This document shows positions 57,567 to 64,000 of a DNA stretch of 64,000 bases, piece by piece. The stretch lies in assembly GCA_965262725.1 (NCBI GenBank), contig OZ253555.1:2848001-2912000 (forward strand), read 5' to 3'. This DNA is from Dehalococcoidia bacterium. GTDB lineage: Bacteria > Chloroflexota > Dehalococcoidia > UBA2979. Positions within the stretch are counted from its first letter, which is position 1. Every line of letters starts with the position of its first letter. A program made the position numbers and the translations under genes. Under the pieces are notes generated by a model. That model was not told the origin of the DNA. It did no database searches and saw nothing but the letters and a program-made list of their open reading frames with translations.

Positions 57567-58439
57567 ATGGGAGGATTGCGCCTGGCGCACTATCTCGTCG
57601 CGGTGCGCTCGATAGCTGAGGCGCGGCGCGGCTACGAGCAGTTGCTCGGAATGCGCGAGTTCGCCGCGGGGGAGGACCAGGCGGAGGGGGCGCGGTGGCT
57701 GGCGCTCGGCGGCACCTCCGAAAGCGTGAGGCTCGTCGAGCCGAGCCGCGCGGGAGGTGCGCTCGACGAGGCGATGCGCCGGCGGGCAACGGAGCGCAAC
57801 ACCGGGGGCGAGGGCTTCTACCGCGGTGTCTGGGAGACGGCGGACGCCGCCGCTCTGGCGAGCCGCTGGCGCGCGGCCGGCGTCGGCTTCGAGCGCACCG
57901 ATGAGGGTGCACTCCGTCCCGATCCTCGGCGCGCGCACGGCGTGCGCATGGAGATCCGGGACGCCCCGGCCGGCGGGTCGCCGGCCTTCGGTGACGGCGG
58001 CTCGCTGCTGCGGCTCTCGCACATCGGCGTCGCCGTCACGAGCCACGACGCGCCCGTCCGCAACTTTGCCGAACTCTTCGGTATGGAACCCATCGGGGAG
58101 CGGCAGACCATCCCCGCGGCGGCGCTCGCCACCCAGTGGGTCGGCTTCGGCACGCGCCGCATCTTCACACTGCTGCTCCCGCTCTCCGAGACGAGCCCCA
58201 TCGCGGGGCGCATGCCAGCGCTCCAGCTCGACACCGCAGCCGGGGGTGAGGGCGTCTACATCGTCGCGTGGGCGACCGCCGACCCGGACCGGCTCGGCGA
58301 CGACCTGGAGGCCGCCGGCGTCGCGGTCGCCCGCACGCCGGGACCGTCGGGGAGCATCCTGCGCCCCCATCCCCGCCTCACCGGCGGGGCCTACATCGAG
58401 GTACTGCCGCTCTCGATGAACACCGACCAGTGGGCGTAG
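57567..58439 (+). CDS. Two-domain VOC family protein
   Basis: LAHYLVAVRS, ERNTGGEGFY, AHGVRMEI, LSHIGVAV, GEGVY, HPRLTGGAYIE. Confidence 0.85.
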   Translation: MGGLRLAHYLVAVRSIAEARRGYEQLLGMREFAAGEDQAEGARWLALGGTSESVRLVEPSRAGGALDEAMRRRATERNTGGEGFYRGVWETADAAALASRWRAAGVGFERTDEGALRPDPRRAHGVRMEIRDAPAGGSPAFGDGGSLLRLSHIGVAVTSHDAPVRNFAELFGMEPIGERQTIPAAALATQWVGFGTRRIFTLLLPLSETSPIAGRMPALQLDTAAGGEGVYIVAWATADPDRLGDDLEAAGVAVARTPGPSGSILRPHPRLTGGAYIEVLPLSMNTDQWA

Positions 58440-58547
58440 GGCCCCCGCCTACCCCGCGCCTGCGCTAGCCTCGACCCGGCGAGCCGGGGACGAGCGGACC
58501 GGCCTCCCTGCCGGCCCCGCCGCTCCGGAAGTCGGGAGGAGGATGCA

Positions 58548-59456
58548 ATGCGCGTTGCGATCACCGGGAGCTCGGGCTTCCTCGGGGGGGCACTCGCGGG
58601 GCGCCTTGAGAGCGCCGGCCACGAGGTTCTGCGCGTGCGGCGCGGCGAGCCCGACGACCCCCGGGCGCACTGGCAGCCAGCGAGCGGCTGGTTCCGTGAC
58701 GGCGCACTTCGGGGGACCGACGCGGTCGTGCACCTGAGTGGCGCATCGATCGGGACTGCGCGCTGGTCGGCGGCGCGGCGCGAGATCCTCTGGCGGAGCC
58801 GCGTCGAGTCGACGCGCGCGCTCGTCGAGCACGTCGCCACGCTGGAGCCACGGCCGGCGGTCCTGATCAGCGCCTCGGCGACCGGCTACTACGGCGACGG
58901 CGGCGACGCCGAGCTGAGCGAGGAGACGCGGAAGGGGACCGGATTCCTTGCCGATCTCTGCGAGGCCTGGGAGACGGAGGCGCTGAGGGCCGAGGGGCTG
59001 GGCGTGCGCGTGGTGCGGGCACGAACCGGCGTGGTCGTCGAGAGCCCCGCCTTCCTCGACCGACTGGTGAGGGTGTTCCGCCTCGGCCTCGGTGCGACGC
59101 TCGGAAGCGGGCGGCAGTGGATGTCCTGGGTGAGCGTGACCGACCAGCTTGCCGCCTTCGAGCGCGCCCTCACGGACGAGGAGATGACCGGAGCGGTGAA
59201 CGTCGTGGCTCCTCCCGTCACGAACCGCGAGTTCACGGCGGCTCTCGCCAGCGCCGTGAGGCGGCCCGCCGTGATGCGGCTGCCGGCCGTCGTGCTCCGC
59301 CTCCAGTTCGGGCGGGGACTCGCCGACGAGGCGCTGCTGGTCAATCAGCGAGCGGTTCCGGGGCGCCTGCGGGCGCTCGGCTTTGAGCACCGGCAGCCGA
59401 CCATCGAGGGCGCCCTGCGCACCGCGCTCGCGGGGCGGCTGTCCCGAGCGCCGTAA
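58548..59456 (+). CDS. TIGR01777 family NAD-dependent epimerase/oxidoreductase (YfcH-like)
   Basis: VAITGSSGFLG, DAVVHLSG, SRVEST, SASATGYYG, GFLADLCEAWE, GSGRQWMSW. Confidence 0.92.
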   Translation: MRVAITGSSGFLGGALAGRLESAGHEVLRVRRGEPDDPRAHWQPASGWFRDGALRGTDAVVHLSGASIGTARWSAARREILWRSRVESTRALVEHVATLEPRPAVLISASATGYYGDGGDAELSEETRKGTGFLADLCEAWETEALRAEGLGVRVVRARTGVVVESPAFLDRLVRVFRLGLGATLGSGRQWMSWVSVTDQLAAFERALTDEEMTGAVNVVAPPVTNREFTAALASAVRRPAVMRLPAVVLRLQFGRGLADEALLVNQRAVPGRLRALGFEHRQPTIEGALRTALAGRLSRAP

Positions 59457-59520
59457 CGGCGCAGTGCTCCCTTCCGGGGAGGCCCCCGTCGCGGCGCGGG
59501 ACACGGTGGGGCCGGACCCG

Positions 59521-60597
59521 CTACTGGAGGACACCGACCTCCCGCAACAGCCGCAGGGTCGCCTCGAGGTCCTCGAGACGGCTCAGGTCCACTTCGAGCG
59601 GCCGCAGGTCGGCGATACTCGGGAGGGAGGCGGCGCTCGGGACGCCCGCGATCAGCGGGTACTCGAAGGTCTCCTCCGCGTAGTGGCGCTGCGCCTCCTC
59701 GCCGAGCAGGAACTCGATCAGCCGCTCGGCGCCGTCGCGGTTCCCCGAGCTCTCAAGGACGGCCGCACCCGCCACGTTCACGAGCGTCCCGACGTCGCCA
59801 GGCGCGGTGTAGTGATTGCGCGCGCCGAACGACTCACCCTCCTCGGCGAGGAAGCGGTGCAGGTAGTAGTGGTTCACGAAGCCGACATCGATCTCGCCGG
59901 CGGCCGCGGCCTGCACGATCGAGCTGTTGTTCGGGTAGGCAACGGCACCGTTCGCGTGCACCGCCTCAAGCCAGGCGCGCGCGACATCCTCGCCCCGCGT
60001 CACGCGGAACGCAGTGACCCAGGCCTGGAACGACCCGTTCTGGGGCGCCCAGCCGATGCGGCCCCTCCAGCGCGGGTCGGCGAAGTCGAGAATGGAATCC
60101 GGGAGGTCGCCGGGCTCGACGGCCTCCCTGTTGTAGACCACGACCCGCGCGCGCCCCGAGAGCCCCACCCACGCGCCCGCGCGCGAGCGGAAGGTGGGAT
60201 CGACGCGTGCCAGAAGCTCGTCGTCGAGGGGTGCGAGCAGGCCGGCAGCCTCCACCGCGCCGAGCGCCCCCGCGTCCTGGGCGATGAAGAGATCCGCTGG
60301 GCTGCGATCGCCCTCCTCGAGCAGGAGCGCGGCGAGCTCCGAGGTGCCGGCGTAGCGCACGCGGACGTCGACCCCCTCCTTCTCCGCGAAGCGCTCGAGG
60401 AGCGGGCCGATGAGCTCGGCGCTGCGACCCGAGTAGACAATGAGCGACTGCTCGTCCCCGTCGCCGCAGCCGGGCATTGCCGCGGCGAGCACGGCCGCGG
60501 CGACGAGCCAGCCGATGCCCGCGAGACGGCTTCGCCGCCGCCAGCCGACGGCACCTCCTCGCTCCCGGGCGAAGCGAGCTACTTTCAGGCGCAGCAT
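59521..60597 (-). CDS. Fe3+ ABC transporter substrate-binding lipoprotein (FutA/FbpA family)
   Basis: IVYSGR, EGDRSPADLF, WVGLSGRARVVVYN, VNHYYL (Fe-binding Tyr pair), TFEYPL. Confidence 0.92.
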   Translation of the reverse strand: MLRLKVARFARERGGAVGWRRRSRLAGIGWLVAAAVLAAAMPGCGDGDEQSLIVYSGRSAELIGPLLERFAEKEGVDVRVRYAGTSELAALLLEEGDRSPADLFIAQDAGALGAVEAAGLLAPLDDELLARVDPTFRSRAGAWVGLSGRARVVVYNREAVEPGDLPDSILDFADPRWRGRIGWAPQNGSFQAWVTAFRVTRGEDVARAWLEAVHANGAVAYPNNSSIVQAAAAGEIDVGFVNHYYLHRFLAEEGESFGARNHYTAPGDVGTLVNVAGAAVLESSGNRDGAERLIEFLLGEEAQRHYAEETFEYPLIAGVPSAASLPSIADLRPLEVDLSRLEDLEATLRLLREVGVLQ

Positions 60598-60620
60598 CGT
60601 CTTCCCTTCCGTTCCCACGT

Positions 60621-60690
60621 CATTATTATATCTGTACTAACAGCTATCCTAATACAGTATAGACTGTCTTTCTATCTTAGTACTACCATG
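60621..60690 (-). promoter_or_regulatory. AT-rich promoter/operator of the futA-like gene
   Basis: TATAAT on the minus strand (60625-60630); imperfect direct repeat CTATCCTAATAC/CTATCTTAGTAC; DtxR/IdeR-like half-site TTAGGATAG. Confidence 0.6.
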
Positions 60691-61057
60691 TCTACCCCAT
60701 CAGCCTTCCCTACCTCCGGGTCGCAGCACCCCACGAGGCCGCGCGTCGCCCTCGCCGCAAGCAACGCCGGCGTCGATACTGCCTGCCGGGCGGCCGCCGT
60801 CCGGCGCGAGCCGGAACCGCCGCACGGACGAAAGGACTGGGGATGAGCGCCGACGCCCGAGGTCTCGATGCAGCCTCGCACTCCTCGGGGAACCGCTGCT
60901 GCGCAAGCGGCCAGAGCTCGACCACGATGTGGATCCCTCGCTCTGGAGCGACCTGCACACGGTCATGGCTTCCTTCTCGAGGATGTCGCCGTCTGCCGTC
61001 TCGTCGGGAACGGGCGCCGCAAGACGCTCCCGGCGCACACGCCACCGCAGCGTCTAG

Positions 61058-62265
61058 GGCAAGTCTGATCAGGTGGGTCTAGCGACCCAGTTTCGCCGCG
61101 GTCAGGCGCTCTCAGGCGGATTCCCGATGACAGTGGTCATATCCGCCCCCTCGCGGGCCCCTGTGGCTCCCCTCCTCGCCCCGTGTGGGGCGGGGAGGGC
61201 GCACTCCACCCACGGTCAGGCACGGTGCGGCTTCGCGGTGAGCAGGTTGTGGAACCCCAGCAAGACCGCACACCGCTCGTGGTTCTTGAAGAGACCCCGG
61301 TACCGCACCTTGGCGTAGCCGAAGCGCCGCTTCACGCTGTAGAACGGGTGCTCCACCAGCGCTCGCACCGATGCCTTCCGCTTCTCCTCGACGGCCTCAG
61401 GACTCTCCGGGTCGAGCGCACGCCGGAGGCCCGGGCGCATCGCCACGTTCCAGTCCTTGACCCTGGAGTCCGCGTTCTCGGGTCTCTTCTGCACGCCCCG
61501 GTACCCGGCGTCGCCGTAGACCTCGGCTTCCTCGCCGTGCAGCAGGCGGTGCGTCTCAGACACGTCCGACACGTTCGCAGGCGTGGTCGTGAAGTTGTGG
61601 ACCAGTCCAGTATCCCTGTCGGCGCCGATGTGCAGCTTCATCCCGAAGAACCACTGTTTCCCCTTCTTGGTCTGATGCATCTCCGGGTCCCGCGCCCGCC
61701 CGCGATTCTTCGTCGACGATGGCGCCGAGATGATGGTCGCATCCACGATGCTGCCCTCGCTCAGCTTCAATCCCTTGCTCGTGAGGTGCTCGTTGATGAG
61801 TTGGAGGATCCTGCTACCCAGGGAGTGGCGCTCGAGCAGGTGCCGGAAGTTGAGGATCGTCGTCTCGTCGGGGATGGGCTCGGAGAGCGTGAGGAAGCAA
61901 AAGGCTCGCACCGACTCGGCCTCGTGGAGCAGATCCTCCATGCCGGGGTCGCTGAGGTTGTAGCAGAGTTGCACGGTATGGATGCGCAGCATCACGGAGA
62001 GCGGGTAGGGCCTCCGCCCGCGGCCCGGTTTCGGGTAGTGGGGCTCGATGGCTGCTTCGAACCTCTGCCACGGGACGAGGCCATCCAGCCGTTCGAGGAA
62101 CTTCTGGCGGCGCGTCTTGTAGCCATCCCGCTCGAACTCGACTCTCGCGAATGTCGGCTGATGCATGGCAGCGCTCCCCTTTCCCGGAGGAGTGCCATGA
62201 TCGCATATAGTCATCGGAGTGTGCATGTGCTCCAGTAACGACGCGGCGACCTGTTCAGAGAACCC
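61058..62265 (-). mobile_element. IS5 family insertion sequence (1208 bp)
   Basis: CTAG target duplication at 61054-61057 and 62266-62269; imperfect terminal inverted repeats GGCAAGTCTGATCAGGT / GGGTTCTCTGAACAGGT; lower GC than flanks. Confidence 0.92.
61216..62166 (-). CDS. IS5 family transposase
   Basis: KTRRQKFL, IPDETTILNFRHLLE, IVDATII, RDPEMHQTKKGKQWFFGMKLHIG, YGDAGY, VRALVEHPF, YRGLFKN. Confidence 0.96.
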   Translation of the reverse strand: MHQPTFARVEFERDGYKTRRQKFLERLDGLVPWQRFEAAIEPHYPKPGRGRRPYPLSVMLRIHTVQLCYNLSDPGMEDLLHEAESVRAFCFLTLSEPIPDETTILNFRHLLERHSLGSRILQLINEHLTSKGLKLSEGSIVDATIISAPSSTKNRGRARDPEMHQTKKGKQWFFGMKLHIGADRDTGLVHNFTTTPANVSDVSETHRLLHGEEAEVYGDAGYRGVQKRPENADSRVKDWNVAMRPGLRRALDPESPEAVEEKRKASVRALVEHPFYSVKRRFGYAKVRYRGLFKNHERCAVLLGFHNLLTAKPHRA

Positions 62266-62429
62266 CTAGAATCGAAACCACCGTCAGGGGGACGACGCCG
62301 GCCGGGACGACCCGGCCGAACTCGGGGCACGTCGCACACGCAGCGGCACTTCGTCGACGAGTGTTGTCCCGAGCGCTACGAGCGGCGCGGCGCCGGCGCG
62401 TGGATGGTCAGCGTGAGGGCGGAGAGGCG

Positions 62430-63632
62430 ATGAGCGAGCAGATCTGGCAACGCGCCCGCGCCTCGGGCATGACTCGCCGCCGCTTCCTAGAACTGATGGC
62501 GGCGAGCGGCGGCGGCGCCGTACTGGCCGCCTGTGTCGACCTTGAGGGCGGCGCCGGAGACGGGCACCGGGCCCCGCCTTGGTTCAAGGACAGCGAGCCC
62601 TTCGTCAGGCACGGCGACACGGGCCTTGAGGCTCAGCTCGCGCTGATGGACGACGTGCGCACTCCGACCACCCTGTTCTTCGTGCGCAACAACTCGCCCT
62701 CCAGCATCGCCGTCGACGCCGGGGACTGGCGACTCTTCGTCGAGGGCGACGCAGTCACCACTCCGCTGGAGCTGAGCTACGACGAGATCCGCCGCCTGCC
62801 CCCGCGCACGTTCGTCTCCTACCTGGAATGCGCGGGCAACCAGCGGGCGATGTTCGAGCAACTGAACGGGCGGCGGGCGGACGGCGAACAGTGGGGCACT
62901 GGCGCCATCTCCAATGCTGAGTGGACCGGCGTCCCCCTGCGCGACTTGCTGTCGCTCGCCGGGATCCGCGGCGATGCCGTCTGCGTACTGCTCGTGGGGC
63001 TCGACACGGAAGCGCCAGAGCAGGGCTTCCGGCGCGTGCTCCCGGTCGAGAAGGCGATGCACCCCGACACGCTGCTCGCGTACGAGATGAACGGCGAAAC
63101 GCTGCCGCAGGACCACGGCTTTCCGCTGCGCGCGATCGCGCCGGGCTGGGTCGGCAGCAGCAGCATCAAATGGCTCGACCGCGTAGTCGTCTCGCGGCGG
63201 CAGCTGTGGACACGCAACAACACCACGTCGTACGTGCTGATCGGGGACGACTATGAGCCCGAGGGCGACGCTCCGGGCGAGGTCGTGGCCGAGCAGACCA
63301 TCAAGAGCGCCCTCGCGCTGCCCTGGCCCGCCGAGCTACCTGCCGGCGCCCACCGCCTCCACGGCTATGCCCACTCGCCGGGCGGCCCGATCGCGAGGGT
63401 CGAGTGGAGCGCGGACGGCGGCGCGAGCTGGAGCGACGCGGACCTCGCGGGCCCACAGATCGACTACTCGTGGGTGAGGTTCGAGTTCGACTGGAGCGCC
63501 GGGCCGGGCGAGCACACGATCCTGACGCGCGCCACCGACGCCTCTGGCGTGACGCAGCCGGACGAGGTTCCCTTCAACGAGAAGGGCTACCTTTTCAACC
63601 AGCCCTTGCCCCACGCGATCCGTGTGACGTAG
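62430..63632 (+). CDS. Sulfite oxidase family molybdoprotein with Tat lipoprotein signal
   Basis: TRRRFL...LAAC; FFVRNN, LECAGN, AEWTGVPL, DHGFPLR, PGWVG...KWL, RATD...QP. Confidence 0.92.
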   Translation: MSEQIWQRARASGMTRRRFLELMAASGGGAVLAACVDLEGGAGDGHRAPPWFKDSEPFVRHGDTGLEAQLALMDDVRTPTTLFFVRNNSPSSIAVDAGDWRLFVEGDAVTTPLELSYDEIRRLPPRTFVSYLECAGNQRAMFEQLNGRRADGEQWGTGAISNAEWTGVPLRDLLSLAGIRGDAVCVLLVGLDTEAPEQGFRRVLPVEKAMHPDTLLAYEMNGETLPQDHGFPLRAIAPGWVGSSSIKWLDRVVVSRRQLWTRNNTTSYVLIGDDYEPEGDAPGEVVAEQTIKSALALPWPAELPAGAHRLHGYAHSPGGPIARVEWSADGGASWSDADLAGPQIDYSWVRFEFDWSAGPGEHTILTRATDASGVTQPDEVPFNEKGYLFNQPLPHAIRVT

Positions 63633-63699
63633 CGCTCTCGCACTCGCTCCCGCCCGGGCGAATCGCCACGTGGCCGCTCAACGACCCGCGCCGTGCCTG

Positions 63700-64000
63700 C
63701 TAGCCGCGCGGGAGACCGAGGCCGCGCGTGGCGATCACGTTGCGCTGGATCTCGGAGGTCCCCGAGGCGATCGTCCGCGAGAGGCTCTCCACGTACGCCT
63801 GCGCAAAGAAGGCCTCCAGCGGGGAGTACGCGTCGTCGGGATCCCAGAGCAGGCTGTAGAGACCGTAAGTGGAGGCGCCCGTGCGCGCGATCGCCTGCGC
63901 CAGCTCGGAGCCGAAGACCTTCGAGACGGAGGCCTCGTGGTTCGGCACGCGGCCGGCCTTCTCTATGGAGATGATCTGGGCGGAGAAGCCGTAGAGCACC
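63700..64000 (-). CDS. Acyl-CoA dehydrogenase, C-terminal part (5' end beyond window)
   Basis: VPNHEASVSKVFGSE...TIASGTSEIQRNVIATRGLGLPRG; close paralog of 35670. Confidence 0.9.
   Translation of the reverse strand, partial: VLYGFSAQIISIEKAGRVPNHEASVSKVFGSELAQAIARTGASTYGLYSLLWDPDDAYSPLEAFFAQAYVESLSRTIASGTSEIQRNVIATRGLGLPRG

Overview
Very GC-rich (about 70% or more by eye), densely coding bacterial window with roughly 60 genes. I saw no rRNA, tRNA or CRISPR array. Gene content is dominated by paralogous catabolic enzymes and transporters: 4 acyl-CoA dehydrogenases, 2 luciferase-like monooxygenases (one F420-type), 3 two-domain VOC proteins, 3 alpha/beta hydrolases, 2 amidohydrolase_2 proteins, 5 MFS transporters and a CoA-transferase III pair with 3-hydroxyanthranilate dioxygenase. 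This mix suggests a Chloroflexota (Dehalococcoidia/SAR202-like) genome, which is inference only. Clear non-coding elements are a compact cobalamin riboswitch before a btuF-like gene, an intact 1208-bp IS5 element with CTAG target duplication, a 9-bp VNTR inside a secreted protein gene, and an AT-rich operator-like island before a futA-like gene. The best candidate for an undescribed system is an operon of two signal-peptide-less family-5 solute-binding proteins plus a degenerate double-VOC protein (54473-58439). Other leads are a divergent RemA/DUF370-like protein, alpha/beta hydrolases with His at the nucleophile elbow, an Asp-less PlsC-like acyltransferase coupled to a GPH transporter, several apparently leaderless genes, and three pseudogenes. 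All family calls come from motif recognition by eye, without database searches.
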